Origin: Candidatus Delongbacteria bacterium
GTDB taxonomy: Bacteria; UBA4055
Direction: 5' to 3'
Length of the DNA: 62,397 bases
NCBI GenBank assembly: GCA_016937995.1
Contig: JAFGVM010000098.1
Location: forward strand, 1-62,397
This document shows positions 1 to 10,671 of the stretch, in pieces; position 1 is the stretch's first letter, and every line of letters starts with the position of its first letter. Below the pieces are notes generated by a model. The model did not search any database and was not told the DNA's origin. It saw only the letters and a program-made list of their open reading frames with translations. Made by a program: the position numbers and the translations under genes.

Positions 1-89
1 GAAAAATTGGATAGTCATGTGAAAAATGGTTATATTTTATGTCGGTTGCGGTACTGCTGGTGGATACCATGTCTATTTAGAGCCCAAGA

Positions 90-119
90 AAAAAGGGATA
101 AATCAAGTTATCCCTTTTT
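90..119. terminator. Rho-independent terminator downstream of nrdJ
   Basis: AAAAAGGGATAA-loop-TTATCCCTTTTT inverted repeat with A/T tracts on both sides, about 55 nt past the nrdJ stop. Confidence 0.7.
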
Positions 120-174
120 ATTTATTTATCCTAAGTTGCCGAGCTAAATGAATTTTAACGAAGAAGTTCAAAGT

Positions 175-2457
175 TTAAGAACATTTAGAATAACCGCATC
201 CGTGACAAGTCATACATCCTTCCTGCATGACCATAGATCCATTACATTTTGGACAGACAGCCCCACCTTTCACAGCCGATTTCTTAGGTTCTTCACTCTT
301 AGGAGTTTCAGCTTTCACTGTATAATACCTCTTGAGAACTTTACCGATTCCGTCCGGCATAGAAAGTATCTTTTCTCCGTTATGCCAAACAGGTGCAGGT
401 CCACTTATGCCAATAAGTTGCTTTTCGATCACATTTATATCAACCCCTGATCTTAATGCCAATGACACCATCCGGCTTATCGCTTCACTCATTGCGGCAG
501 CATTACCACCTGCTTTCCCGATCGATGCAAAAACTTCGAAAGGTCTGCCTTCATTAGTGTTTACAGTCACATACATAGCACCTTCACCAGTGTTAACCTT
601 GTAGGTTTTACCTTCCATGATGTCAGGTCTTCCCATAGGCTTATGACTGGCTTCTTCAGCTTCAGCTTTTCTGTCCTCATTTGTTTTCTTACCGGTATTC
701 AATACCTGGAACGGACGGCATCCGTCTCTGTAAACTGTTATTCCCTTACATGCTGAATCATATGCCTGAAGATAAGCCTCTTTTATATCTTCCTCTGTAG
801 CTGTATTATCAAAATTAACTGTTTTGCTTATCGAACTGTCAACATATTCCTGGAATCCGGATTGCATTGCAACATGGTAGTAAGGTGATATTTCCTGAGA
901 AGTAACAAATATTTTTTTAAGATCTTCAGGTATTTCATCAATATTTTCCAGTCTGCCAACTTCCGATATTTTCTCCATTAGCTCATCAGAGTAGATCCCT
1001 CTTTCGACCAATGCTTCTTTCAGTATCGGATTTACATATAGTAATTTATTGTCATCCATGACCTGCTTGACATATACTAACGCGAAATTAGGTTCGATAC
1101 CGCCTGAAGCTTCTGCAAGCATACCTATCGTTCCTGTCGGAGCAACAGTTGTAACATTTGAATTTCTCATAGGATGATCATATATTGATTTATCAATATT
1201 CGGGAATGATCCTCTTTCCTCAGCAAGTTTTTTTGATGCTTCCTGTGCATTTGTATGAATGAAAGCCATCAGCTTTTTTCCTAAAGTAACACCCTGATCA
1301 CTGTTATAAGGAATCTCCATTTTATACAACAGGTCCGCAAAACCCATCACTCCAAGACCGATATTTCTGTTCGCTTTTGCAATTTCATGGATCTTTTCAA
1401 TAGGATATTTTCCCACTTCTATAACATTGTCAAGGAAAAGTACCGAATCAGATATAACATCCTTCAATCTATCCCAGTCAATGGATCTCTTCTCTTTAAT
1501 GAAGAAATTACTTACATTTATTGATCCCAGATTACAGCTTCCGTATGGTAATAGCGGTTGCTCACCACAAGGATTTGTTGCAGCGATTTTTCCAACACCG
1601 GGTATAGTGTTCTTTGCATTTACTTTATCAACAAATACAATACCCGGTTCACCTGTTGACCATGCATGATGTACAATTGCATCCATTACTTCCTTTGCAC
1701 ATTTTGTACCCATTGGTTTTTCTTTGTGATACAGTGTATAATCTGTCCCTTCTTTGTATGCTTTCATGAATTCATCTGTGATAGCAACGGAAATATTGAA
1801 ATTTGTAAGTTTGGAAGTGTCTTCCTTGCAACTTATAAAACTCATTATCTCAGGATGGTCAACTCGAAGTATACCCATGTTTGCACCTCTTCTTACACCA
1901 CCCTGCTTAATAGTCTCTGTTGCAGCATTGAATACTGTCATGAAACTGATCGGGCCACTTGCAGTTCCGGCTGTGGTCTGAACATTTGATCCTGTTGGTC
2001 TAAGATTACTGAAGTCAAAGCCCGTTCCACCACCTGATTTATGGATCAAGGCCGCATCTCTAACTGTCGTAAAAATATCGTTCATAGAATCTTCCACAGG
2101 TAACACGAAACATGCACTTAAATTTGGTAATTCCCTTCCGGCATTCATTAAAGTGGGTGAGTTAGGAAAAAAATCTTTTCTCGCCATCAGCTTGTAGAAT
2201 TTTTCTTCTGTCTTCAATAATTCTGCTGTTGTCATTTTTGGTGATGCTATCTTACTTCCGGCTGCGATCGCTTTTGCAACTCTTATGAATAGATCTCTAG
2301 GTTCTTCTATCGGTTCTCTTGTGTCAAGATCCTTTATCAGGTATCTTTTTTTCAAAATAACAAGTGAATTTTCCGAGAATTCAATATCTGGAAATCTCTT
2401 GTAGTCATCATTTTTCACAGCTGATCTCACTGTCTTATTAGTGCTTTTCTTGGGCAT
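175..2457 (-). CDS. nrdJ: Class II (adenosylcobalamin-dependent) ribonucleotide reductase with C-terminal TSCPD/zinc-ribbon region
   Basis: Motifs PNSPTLMNAG, SACFV, GGGTG, TNPCGEQPLL, VAPTGTI, KGITVYRDG; C-terminal CPKC...EGCMTCHGCGYSKC. Confidence 0.93.
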   Translation of the reverse strand: MPKKSTNKTVRSAVKNDDYKRFPDIEFSENSLVILKKRYLIKDLDTREPIEEPRDLFIRVAKAIAAGSKIASPKMTTAELLKTEEKFYKLMARKDFFPNSPTLMNAGRELPNLSACFVLPVEDSMNDIFTTVRDAALIHKSGGGTGFDFSNLRPTGSNVQTTAGTASGPISFMTVFNAATETIKQGGVRRGANMGILRVDHPEIMSFISCKEDTSKLTNFNISVAITDEFMKAYKEGTDYTLYHKEKPMGTKCAKEVMDAIVHHAWSTGEPGIVFVDKVNAKNTIPGVGKIAATNPCGEQPLLPYGSCNLGSINVSNFFIKEKRSIDWDRLKDVISDSVLFLDNVIEVGKYPIEKIHEIAKANRNIGLGVMGFADLLYKMEIPYNSDQGVTLGKKLMAFIHTNAQEASKKLAEERGSFPNIDKSIYDHPMRNSNVTTVAPTGTIGMLAEASGGIEPNFALVYVKQVMDDNKLLYVNPILKEALVERGIYSDELMEKISEVGRLENIDEIPEDLKKIFVTSQEISPYYHVAMQSGFQEYVDSSISKTVNFDNTATEEDIKEAYLQAYDSACKGITVYRDGCRPFQVLNTGKKTNEDRKAEAEEASHKPMGRPDIMEGKTYKVNTGEGAMYVTVNTNEGRPFEVFASIGKAGGNAAAMSEAISRMVSLALRSGVDINVIEKQLIGISGPAPVWHNGEKILSMPDGIGKVLKRYYTVKAETPKSEEPKKSAVKGGAVCPKCNGSMVMQEGCMTCHGCGYSKCS

Positions 2458-2629
2458 TATCGTCTCTCCCGGGTCTAAATTTTATATCAATTTTTTAAAT
2501 ACTTCATTTTTCATACCAAGATGGATTTTTTTGCAAAATAAATTCTTGATATGGGGTTTTAATATCCAGGTCGTTGTGTAAAACAGAGAAGATCATCACT
2601 GTTTTATTATGTTTCGTGGATTGAATTGC

Positions 2630-2659
2630 AATATACGGAACTTTTAAAATGTTTGTCAA
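2630..2659 (-). promoter_or_regulatory. Candidate sigma70 promoter of nrdJ
   Basis: Minus strand TTGACA (2659-2654), 18 nt, TATATT (2635-2630). Confidence 0.45.
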
Positions 2660-2676
2660 GACTTTTTCAAAAAAAA

Positions 2677-2724
2677 ACACTATATGTTGTGGTATGATCA
2701 TAAAATCGACACTACATAGTGTGG
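2677..2724. promoter_or_regulatory. Tandem NrdR boxes upstream of nrdJ
   Basis: ACACTATATGTTGTGG (2677-2692) and ACACTACATAGTGTGG (2709-2724) match the NrdR consensus acaCwAtATaTwGtgt, start 32 bp apart and lie upstream of an RNR gene. Confidence 0.85.
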
Positions 2725-2814
2725 TTTTGTGCCTAATACAACTATTGCCTATTTTCTATTTTTTTGATAAGAATGACTGTTGATTTTTCAGCTATTTCAT
2801 TATAATTTAATGAT

Positions 2815-3243
2815 ATGGGACCCGACATGAACATATCTGTGACGAAAACTTCTGCTGAAACAAGATTTTTTGTAAAATTCAAAAGTCCTTTCGGTTTTTT
2901 ATTGATTTTTGCCGCAACTTTTATATTCCTTTCATTCTTTGTACAGGTATCAGCTTATACTTATGATCAGTATTATCCCTATGAAGGAAAAGTAATTGAT
3001 ATCCAAAAAAAATGGTTCGATTCATTTATTTTTGATTCCTCAGACTATGAGCATCTTGTTATTGAAACTGAAGATGGTAGTATCATTGACCGGTATATAG
3101 ATACACATTATAAGGTAATGATCAGAGTTGAACCCGGTGATCATGTGGTGAAGAAGAAAGGGTTTAGAAGCAAAGTGAAAGTAATCGGCAAGAAAACCGT
3201 TAACGAAATGCTCGAAGAAGCTGAAAAACTATTGAAAAAATAA
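2815..3243 (+). CDS. Hypothetical membrane-anchored protein
   Basis: 142 aa ORF with one N-terminal hydrophobic helix followed by a small beta-rich domain; start uncertain. Confidence 0.65.
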   Translation: MGPDMNISVTKTSAETRFFVKFKSPFGFLLIFAATFIFLSFFVQVSAYTYDQYYPYEGKVIDIQKKWFDSFIFDSSDYEHLVIETEDGSIIDRYIDTHYKVMIRVEPGDHVVKKKGFRSKVKVIGKKTVNEMLEEAEKLLKK

Positions 3244-3268
3244 GATTCTGAATCTAGTTCAGAATGAC
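3244..3268. repeat. Short palindromic intergenic element (GTCAT/ATGAC family)
   Basis: GATTCTGAATCTAGTTCAGAATGAC; same architecture as the elements at 7996 and 54225. Confidence 0.5.
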
Positions 3269-3274
3269 GTATAT

Positions 3275-3301
3275 AAAAAGGGACGAAAAGTAATCGTCCC
3301 T
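3275..3301 (-). terminator. Rho-independent terminator
   Basis: AGGGACGA/TCGTCCCT stem with an A-tract on the left (U-tract on the minus strand), between convergent genes. Confidence 0.6.
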
Positions 3302-3327
3302 CCTACATTTTATCTTAAAAAGAAATC

Positions 3328-3813
3328 CTATTTCACTTCAACTTTCTTCCCTTCCTCATGATTGTCACAATCAGCTTTAGCCTTCACACCTTTCTTAACA
3401 TACTCAGCATTCTTTTTTGCAACTTCATCAAAACCTTTTAATTTCAAATAAGGCCTGTACTCCTCCTTTTCAGGATTGATCGGAAAAGTAACACCTTTGT
3501 CAAGACCTTCATTCCATACCCTGATATTATCCTCATACTTCTTTATTTTGTCATTAATGAATGCCATTGAAGTATAAATATGCTCAACATGTCCTGCATA
3601 GTTCGGGTTTTCTTTAGCTTCTACCAACAGTTTCATAGCGTCTTCATATTTTTCCTGTTTTGCAAAAGCATTTACCTGCATTATAATACTTTTGTAACAT
3701 ACATGGCCCTCTGGTTTGAACTGTCCCTGATTTGTTTCCTTGCCACCTTCACCAACCGCAAACATTAAGGTAGTGAACATTATTACTGCTAAGAATGCCA
3801 ATGTTTTTTTCAT
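3328..3813 (-). CDS. Exported helical (TPR-like) hypothetical protein, paralogue of 3826-4332
   Basis: Signal peptide MKKTLAFLAVIMFTTLMFA; core aligns by eye with the upstream neighbour. Confidence 0.75.
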   Translation of the reverse strand: MKKTLAFLAVIMFTTLMFAVGEGGKETNQGQFKPEGHVCYKSIIMQVNAFAKQEKYEDAMKLLVEAKENPNYAGHVEHIYTSMAFINDKIKKYEDNIRVWNEGLDKGVTFPINPEKEEYRPYLKLKGFDEVAKKNAEYVKKGVKAKADCDNHEEGKKVEVK

Positions 3814-3825
3814 CTTATACTCCTG

Positions 3826-4332
3826 TTATTTCAATTTATCTTCTTCTATTGATTTCTGCATCTCGAGATCTTTTTCATAGATATCATCAAAACCTTCAAG
3901 TAATAAATACGGCTCAAAATGTTTTTTAGTCTTATCCATTTTAAAGACTATCCCTTTACTATGCCCGTCTCTCCACACATCCAGATTTTTTTCATACTGC
4001 TTTGTCCGGTCATATAAATATACCATTGACTCGTATATCTTTTCTTTGTCCCACTGATATCCCGGAACATCTTTTGCTGCGACTAGAACGTCAATAGCTT
4101 CCTGATATTTTCCCTCCATGGAAAAAGAAGCTACTTTACTTGCTACCGGATCAATACATAATTCACCTTCTTTATGATCATGCCGATCTATGTGATCAAG
4201 ACTGTCTGAAACTTTTTCGGGTGTTGTATCTTTTTTTACTATTTCCGTGTTTTTTTTATCTTCAGTTTTTGAACAGCTTGCAAGAAATAATAAGATTACA
4301 ATTGATGTAAATAATTTCAATCGGAAAAACAT
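3826..4332 (-). CDS. Putative lipoprotein, TPR-like, paralogue of 3328-3813
   Basis: Lipobox LASC after a hydrophobic stretch; shared KY.EA...L..AK..P.Y...IY..M...YE.N..VW..G..KG..F...PYL.L.GFD pattern. Confidence 0.75.
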   Translation of the reverse strand: MFFRLKLFTSIVILLFLASCSKTEDKKNTEIVKKDTTPEKVSDSLDHIDRHDHKEGELCIDPVASKVASFSMEGKYQEAIDVLVAAKDVPGYQWDKEKIYESMVYLYDRTKQYEKNLDVWRDGHSKGIVFKMDKTKKHFEPYLLLEGFDDIYEKDLEMQKSIEEDKLK

Positions 4333-4500
4333 ATAGCATCCTTAAGTTATTATTGATTACTGATCAGGTAAGATACTCAAAAAATATCAGAAATTAAATG
4401 ATTTAAAATAGTTTTTTACATCTTTTAAAAATCCACTTGCATATATAAAATAAATAGTTATCTTTGGACTATTCAAAAACATAGGCAATGGAGGCTGGGT

Positions 4501-6069
4501 ATGAATCACGATAAAATTTTAATTTTAGATTTTGGTAGTCAATATAATCAATTGATCGCAAGAAGAATAAGGGAGAATAGTGTTTATTGCGAACTTAAAC
4601 CTTATTACACTTCTATCGAGGAGATAAAGGAATTTGATCCGAAAGGTATTATCTTTTCCGGTGGCCCCAATTCAGTTTATGCCCTAAATTCTCCCGATGT
4701 TCCAGATGAGATTTTTCAACTCGGCGTACCTATCCTTGGTATTTGCTACGGAATGCAGCTTATTACAAAAAAACTCGGCGGAAAGGTAGAGAGAAGTGAT
4801 GAACAGGAATTCGGTTTCGCTGAAGTCAATATTGATATTGATGATAGCATTTTTAATAAAGTTGTAAATAATATTTCTGATCCATGGAAAGTCTGGATGA
4901 GTCATGGAGATAAAGTCGTAACATTGGCAGAAGGTTTTGACGTTCTCGCTCATAGTGACAATACTCCTTTCGCTGTTATAAAGAACACCGAAAGAAACAT
5001 ATATGGTGTACAATTCCATCCAGAAGTTGAACATACCGAGAACGGATCAATATTCTTAGATGATTTCGTAAAGAACATATGCGGATGTTCCGGAGACTGG
5101 ACACCTGCATCTTTTATTGAGGAAAGTATTGAAAAAATTAGATCTGAAGTCGGTAACAAAAAGATCATACTGGGTTTCTCAGGAGGTGTTGACTCTGCAG
5201 TTGCAGCTCTACTTTTGAAAAAAGCTGTGGGTAATAATCTTATAAATATTTTCGTTGATAACGGACTTCTCAGACTCGATGAAAGAAATAAGGTCGTTGA
5301 TAAATTTAAAGAAAAAATTGGACTTAATCTAATTGTTGTTGATGCAGCTGAAAGATTCTTATCAGAGCTGAAAGGTGTTGAGGATCCTGAAAGAAAGAGA
5401 AAGATAATTGGAAAAGTATTCATTGATGTGTTTCATGATGAAATAGATACTATCCTGGAGAAAGAAGGCCATGCAGTGGAATTTCTGGCTCAGGGAACTA
5501 TCTATCCGGATGTGATTGAATCAGTAAGCGCAAAAGGCGGACCTTCCGATACTATAAAATCACATCACAATGTTGGCGGATTACCTGAAGATATGAAATT
5601 AAAAGTTGTTGAACCTCTTAGAGATCTCTTCAAGGATGAGGTAAGACGATTAGGAAAAGCTCTTGGACTTCATGAACATATGATCGACAGACATCCTTTC
5701 CCCGGACCTGGCCTTGGAGTAAGGATACTTGGAGAAGTAACTAAAGAAAAGTGTGATATCTTAAGAAAAGCAGATGATATATTTATAAATGAAATAGAAA
5801 AAGCAGGGATATATAACGAGATCGGACAGGCATTTGCAGTGTTTTTACCGGTGAAAACAGTTGGAGTTATGGGTGATGTAAGAACTTATGACAATGTTAT
5901 AGCCTTAAGGGCAGTCAGAACAATAGATTTTATGACTGCAGACTGGTATCCTTTCGAGCATAATTTCCTTGCTAAAGTATCCACAAGAATAATTAATGAA
6001 GTTCGTGGAGTGAACAGAGTTGTTTATGATATCAGCTCTAAACCTCCGGGAACGATTGAATGGGAGTAA
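4501..6069 (+). CDS. guaA: GMP synthase (glutamine-hydrolysing)
   Basis: [48 protein letters not shown]. Confidence 0.97.
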   Translation: MNHDKILILDFGSQYNQLIARRIRENSVYCELKPYYTSIEEIKEFDPKGIIFSGGPNSVYALNSPDVPDEIFQLGVPILGICYGMQLITKKLGGKVERSDEQEFGFAEVNIDIDDSIFNKVVNNISDPWKVWMSHGDKVVTLAEGFDVLAHSDNTPFAVIKNTERNIYGVQFHPEVEHTENGSIFLDDFVKNICGCSGDWTPASFIEESIEKIRSEVGNKKIILGFSGGVDSAVAALLLKKAVGNNLINIFVDNGLLRLDERNKVVDKFKEKIGLNLIVVDAAERFLSELKGVEDPERKRKIIGKVFIDVFHDEIDTILEKEGHAVEFLAQGTIYPDVIESVSAKGGPSDTIKSHHNVGGLPEDMKLKVVEPLRDLFKDEVRRLGKALGLHEHMIDRHPFPGPGLGVRILGEVTKEKCDILRKADDIFINEIEKAGIYNEIGQAFAVFLPVKTVGVMGDVRTYDNVIALRAVRTIDFMTADWYPFEHNFLAKVSTRIINEVRGVNRVVYDISSKPPGTIEWE

Positions 6070-6701
6070 TTTTGAAAACTATTATTGTATCTTCACTTTT
6101 GTTTTTGGCAAGTATTGCTTTATCACAGGTGAACATAACCGGTAACGACCTGAGAATCTATCAGTTTGATAAAGGGAATATGACTGATAATGATGTTATT
6201 ATCTTTACTCCGAATGACCATGTGATAGTAGGCGATGGCAAGCTGAAATTATTTTCCAAATTTAGAAATAATATTGTTCGTGCCAGACTTAGACACAAAG
6301 TCCGGAACGGTTCTGAAATTGTGGTTAAAGTTGACAATATCCCTTTTAATGCTGATGGCAGAATTAAACTCATAACCTCAGAGAATAATTATTGTGAGCT
6401 GATGTTCTATGATAACGAGGGAATAAAAAGTCTTGTCATTTCTGAAAAGATCCTCTCAAATGATGAAAGTTACATTTACAGAAAAGTTACTCCCTTATCA
6501 ACACCAATTCATATCAAAATAAGTGTGCAAAAGGACAAAACTTTATTTTCACTTGGATATGCAGGACGTTCATTTGATAAATTCTTTGAAACAGACCTTG
6601 TTTTAGACAATTTCATGATCCAGTTGGAATCTTCAACAAAAATTGATAATCCATATACCAGTGTTGATATCGACTGGGTCATAGTCTCAACAGAAAAATA
6701 G
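6060..6701 (+). CDS. Exported hypothetical protein (beta-sandwich-like)
   Basis: 213 aa ORF with a signal-peptide-like N-terminus, overlapping the guaA end; real start may be slightly downstream. Confidence 0.65.
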   Translation: MGVILKTIIVSSLLFLASIALSQVNITGNDLRIYQFDKGNMTDNDVIIFTPNDHVIVGDGKLKLFSKFRNNIVRARLRHKVRNGSEIVVKVDNIPFNADGRIKLITSENNYCELMFYDNEGIKSLVISEKILSNDESYIYRKVTPLSTPIHIKISVQKDKTLFSLGYAGRSFDKFFETDLVLDNFMIQLESSTKIDNPYTSVDIDWVIVSTEK

Positions 6702-6819
6702 AATATTCATGAACATTTAAGAATAACTTCTATTAAAAATTGAAATTCCTTTTATTTTTTACTTTTTTTAAGTATATTCGTAACTTGAAGGCAAGTTTAA
6801 GTAAAGTTAATGTGAGATT

Positions 6820-7191
6820 ATGAGTGATAAAAAATATATTCTGGTAGTTGATGATGAAATGATCATGAGAGATCTATTGTCAGATTTTTTGGATATGTTC
6901 GATTATGATGTCGTTACTGCTCAGGATGGTGCTGTGGCTTGGGAAATTATTAAAGATAGTGAGAATGACAGAAAATTCGATCTCGTTATTACTGATATCA
7001 ACATGCCTAAAATGGGTGGTATCGAGTTATCAAAACATATTAAGTCAAAATTCCCTGATATGCCTATTGTCTTCATGACGGGTTATGGTATTGAAAAGGT
7101 AAAGCAGGATGTTGAAAAAGCTGAAGGATTCCTTGCAAAACCTTTTGATCTTGATGTATTCAATGAACTCCTTGAAAAGATACTCAGTTAA
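6820..7191 (+). CDS. Single-domain response regulator (CheY-like)
   Basis: ILVVDDE, DLVITDINMPKMGG, MTGY, FLAKPF. Confidence 0.92.
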   Translation: MSDKKYILVVDDEMIMRDLLSDFLDMFDYDVVTAQDGAVAWEIIKDSENDRKFDLVITDINMPKMGGIELSKHIKSKFPDMPIVFMTGYGIEKVKQDVEKAEGFLAKPFDLDVFNELLEKILS

Positions 7192-7216
7192 TTTTATACA
7201 AAGACCGAACTGATAA

Positions 7217-7954
7217 ATGCTTATAATTTTAAAGATAAAAGTAATATCTTTCACGATCCTACACTTTTTTTTACTTCCATACGTATTTTTTCTAAAACTA
7301 TTCAAAAACTATAAATACATCAATTCTTACGCCCATAAGATCGCAAAGAACTGGGGTATCAAGGTTATTCGCTGGAGTAAGACCAATGTTAAAATAATCG
7401 GTACTGAAAATCTACCGGATCATCCTGTTGTCATCATTTCAAATCATCAGGCACACTTCGATATACCTTTGCTTTTTGCATATACCGGACTTTCACCATC
7501 TTTTATAGCAAAGAAAGAACTGGGAAGGATACCTTTATTCGCAACATGGATGAAGATATTGGGATGTATTTTTATTGATCGTTCAAGTGCGAGAAAAGCA
7601 CTGATCTCATTTCAGGAAGGTGCTGAAAAAATAAAGAACGGACAGAATATAATAATTTTTCCCGAAGGTACCAGAAGAAGAGAGATACTACCTTTCAAAA
7701 AAGGAAGTTTCAAGCTGCCACTGATGGCCGGAGTTCCTTTATTACCAGTAACAATAATCGGTTCTGAGAATATCGTTGAGAATGTCAAAAAGGGACTAAC
7801 CACTGACGTTATGATCATTCTAAGCAAAGAAGTAAATATTCATGAGATGAATAAAGATCAGTTGAAAGAGATACACAACGATATCCGTGATATGATAGTA
7901 TCTAATTTTGAAAAGTATTCAAAAAAGAATCTGTCTGAGGTTCTGAAAGTATAG
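7217..7954 (+). CDS. plsC: 1-acyl-sn-glycerol-3-phosphate acyltransferase
   Basis: NHQAHFD (NHxxxxD), FIDR, IFPEGTR, PFKKG motifs. Confidence 0.9.
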   Translation: MLIILKIKVISFTILHFFLLPYVFFLKLFKNYKYINSYAHKIAKNWGIKVIRWSKTNVKIIGTENLPDHPVVIISNHQAHFDIPLLFAYTGLSPSFIAKKELGRIPLFATWMKILGCIFIDRSSARKALISFQEGAEKIKNGQNIIIFPEGTRRREILPFKKGSFKLPLMAGVPLLPVTIIGSENIVENVKKGLTTDVMIILSKEVNIHEMNKDQLKEIHNDIRDMIVSNFEKYSKKNLSEVLKV

Positions 7955-7995
7955 ACTTTTTCAATATCCAAAGGATCTGAAATCACTTCTAATTT

Positions 7996-8024
7996 GTCAT
8001 ACTCGGACTTAATCCGAGTATCCA
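7996..8024. repeat. Short palindromic intergenic element (GTCAT family)
   Basis: GTCATACTCGGACTTAATCCGAGTATCCA; 7991-8007 is 16/17 identical to 54220-54236. Confidence 0.6.
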
Positions 8025-8030
8025 TAAAAC

Positions 8031-8378
8031 TTATATCGCTTCAAATATCGAACCATAACTCACAATCGTACCGCAATAAAGACATTTTTCAAACTTAGGG
8101 TTCATTGTCTTACCGCATCTGCTGCATTTTTTAATATTTAATTTAAGTTTACCGTCAGCATTACCATCGATCAAATCTATCTCTTTATACCTTTCTATCA
8201 GCTCATCCTCGCTGACTCCGAGTTTTTCCTTCAAGAATGTCCACATTGCCATGTTGACAAGTTTTAACTTTTCAAACCTGTCGATCAGATTTTGAAGATC
8301 ATTCTGAGAAACTCCAGTTTTTCCAAGAGGTGTGTTATCATTGTTGCTTCCACCTGGTGGCATATATCCGAATACCAT
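8031..8378 (-). CDS. Hypothetical protein with C-terminal zinc ribbon
   Basis: CSRC-x10-CLYC; DLIDGNADGK motif. Confidence 0.75.
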   Translation of the reverse strand: MVFGYMPPGGSNNDNTPLGKTGVSQNDLQNLIDRFEKLKLVNMAMWTFLKEKLGVSEDELIERYKEIDLIDGNADGKLKLNIKKCSRCGKTMNPKFEKCLYCGTIVSYGSIFEAI

Positions 8379-8521
8379 GATGATTCCTTATATTTTAATT
8401 GCATTCACTTTATAATTTAAAATCTCTTTTTAATTATGCAAATAAAAAAGGCTCAAAATTCTGTGTAAAATAATGACAAAATATTCCAGTTTAAACCATA
8501 TTTTTTGTATCTGGAAGAAAC

Positions 8522-9508
8522 CTATTTAATAATAAAACTGAACACTGCATAAACAACATACATAGCCAGTAAAAGTATCCCCGAAAAACGTGACAGAGAG
8601 AATTTTCTAAAACTGAAAATAAATAAAATAGCGGTAATGAACAACATGACCGGTCCCCATATCACAATAGAAGAATCATCAACAGGGAAAGGTTTTATCA
8701 TTGAATTAATTCCTATAACAAAAAGAAGGTTAAATGCATTCGAACCTATGATATTCCCAACTCCTATGTTGTGATTCCCTTTTCTGACTGCCTGAAGAGT
8801 AGCTACAAGTTCAGGTAAAGATGTTCCAACAGCAACTATTGTTAGACCTATTGCCAATTCACTTACACCCATCAGTTTAGCTAATCCGGATGCTCCTCTG
8901 ATAGTCCATTCAGAACCTAAATACAAACCAGTGATCCCGAAAAATATCAGAAGAATATTTTTCTTTCTGTTCAAAATATCAGGAATTTCATCATCAAGCA
9001 GATTTTTCTTTTTTCTTTTGGCATCTATCCAAATATATGCTAAATATCCCACGAAGAGGATCGTAAGAAAAATACCGTCTGATCTTGTAATTTCACCATC
9101 TAACATCAAGACGTAAAAAATTACTGTAATAATAAAAATGATAGGAAGGTCTTTAAATAGAGTCTCTTTTTTAACCGTGATAACTGTTATTGTTGCAGCT
9201 ATACCTAAAACCAAAGCTATATTTGCAATATTACTTCCTACGACATTTCCCAGTCCGATCCCGGGACTATCATTAATATTTGCTATGAAGCTTACAAAAA
9301 ACTCAGGTAAGGAAGTTCCGAATGCAACAACAGTCAGCCCGATCACAAATGGATCGATATTATAGGAAATTGATACCGCTTCCGCTCCGTTTATCAGCAG
9401 ATCTCCACCCTTGATCAGGATGAATAGACCAAGCACAAGCAATACTGTCAAAATAATTGGATTACCTGAATTTACGACCGAACCAGCTGCATTGATTATT
9501 GAGTCCAT
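8522..9508 (-). CDS. Calcium/sodium antiporter (YrbG/CaCA family)
   Basis: Two alpha-repeats GLTVVAFGTSLPE/GNVVGSN and GLTIVAVGTSLPE/GNIIGSN; about 10 TM helices. Confidence 0.92.
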   Translation of the reverse strand: MDSIINAAGSVVNSGNPIILTVLLVLGLFILIKGGDLLINGAEAVSISYNIDPFVIGLTVVAFGTSLPEFFVSFIANINDSPGIGLGNVVGSNIANIALVLGIAATITVITVKKETLFKDLPIIFIITVIFYVLMLDGEITRSDGIFLTILFVGYLAYIWIDAKRKKKNLLDDEIPDILNRKKNILLIFFGITGLYLGSEWTIRGASGLAKLMGVSELAIGLTIVAVGTSLPELVATLQAVRKGNHNIGVGNIIGSNAFNLLFVIGINSMIKPFPVDDSSIVIWGPVMLFITAILFIFSFRKFSLSRFSGILLLAMYVVYAVFSFIIK

Positions 9509-9516
9509 TTTATTTC

Positions 9517-10668
9517 CTATAGAATTAGTTTTACCATCGGTATAGTGATCTTTTCAAGTTGATATTTAAAATATCTGTCTGTCATACTTGCAATAAAATC
9601 TCTTACTTTCTCAGCATCGGAAGTACTTTCTTTATACTCAATATTCTTACTGTTCAGAAAATGTTTAAATACATCTGAATCTTTATTCTCTGTCGCAATA
9701 TCCTCAAGATAAGTTTCGAATAATACCTCAAATCCTTTTTCGATCTTCCTTCTTTCCCTTTTCAATTTTTCATTTCTGTATATTTTATCATAATTGAATG
9801 CTTTAAGTTCTTTCAGTGCATTTCCGATCTCAGATGAAAATTCAATTACCGGTTTCCCATAGCTGTTCATGGTGATATCTTTGACAAGTGTACCAATTAT
9901 TTTACCGTTATTATTACCAAGTATATCTGATATTTCCTTAGGTATTTCGTTCCTTTTTATCAGATTCAAATGTATCGCATCCTCAATATCTGTACCAATA
10001 TAAGCTATTGTATCGGATAATCTGATCACACAGCCTTCCATTGTCATTGGTGAGGTTTTTACATATTTGTTGTCTTTCATGGACTGAACATATTTTTCGA
10101 TATCTTCTTCTGTTTTATCTGTATGAGGTTCAAGCCTGTTTTGATGTATCTCACCATCGTGAGATACGATAGCATCTCTGGTTTGAAGGGTCAGATTCAT
10201 TCCTTTTCCCTTGTAGGAAAACTTGTCAACGATGTATAAACTATGAATGTTATGATGGAATTTCCCTATTCCATGCTTCTCACATTCATTGCTGAGAAAG
10301 ACCTCACCATCATGCCCGAAAGGTGTGTGCCCAAGATCATGACCCAGAGCAGCAGCCTCGATCAGATCAAGGTTCAGAGATAAAGCTCTTCCTATCGTCC
10401 TGGCTATTTGAGATACATATTGTGTATGAACGATCCTGTTGGTTATCTGCTCATCAGTAAGTGAAGAAAAATAATATACCTGTGTTTTTCCTGCACTTCT
10501 TCTGTAGGCACCACTGTAAATGATCCTGTCCCTGTCGATCGAAAATGGAAGTCTGATTTCATCTTTACTTGATATTTTTCTTACTGCATCCGCGTTTTTA
10601 GTAGCAAAAGGAGACAAATTGTCATCTATCGTTCTGATTATATTTTCTTTGATCTCTTTATATTCCAT
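9517..10668 (-). CDS. dGTP triphosphohydrolase-like HD-domain protein
   Basis: DRDRII, KTQV, RIVHT, GHDLGHTPFGHDGE, DTIAY, DFIASMTD. Confidence 0.88.
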   Translation of the reverse strand: MEYKEIKENIIRTIDDNLSPFATKNADAVRKISSKDEIRLPFSIDRDRIIYSGAYRRSAGKTQVYYFSSLTDEQITNRIVHTQYVSQIARTIGRALSLNLDLIEAAALGHDLGHTPFGHDGEVFLSNECEKHGIGKFHHNIHSLYIVDKFSYKGKGMNLTLQTRDAIVSHDGEIHQNRLEPHTDKTEEDIEKYVQSMKDNKYVKTSPMTMEGCVIRLSDTIAYIGTDIEDAIHLNLIKRNEIPKEISDILGNNNGKIIGTLVKDITMNSYGKPVIEFSSEIGNALKELKAFNYDKIYRNEKLKRERRKIEKGFEVLFETYLEDIATENKDSDVFKHFLNSKNIEYKESTSDAEKVRDFIASMTDRYFKYQLEKITIPMVKLIL

Positions 10669-10671
10669 AAT

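Noticed and set aside
148-1989. Short plus-strand ORFs inside nrdJ, and similar antisense or nested ORFs throughout the window
   Set aside because: Shadow ORFs overlapping well-supported genes, with no motifs
2458-2814. Cobalamin riboswitch upstream of B12-dependent nrdJ, and ORF 2504-2701
   Set aside because: No recognisable B12-box or riboswitch core; the small ORF overlaps the promoter and NrdR boxes and has no protein features
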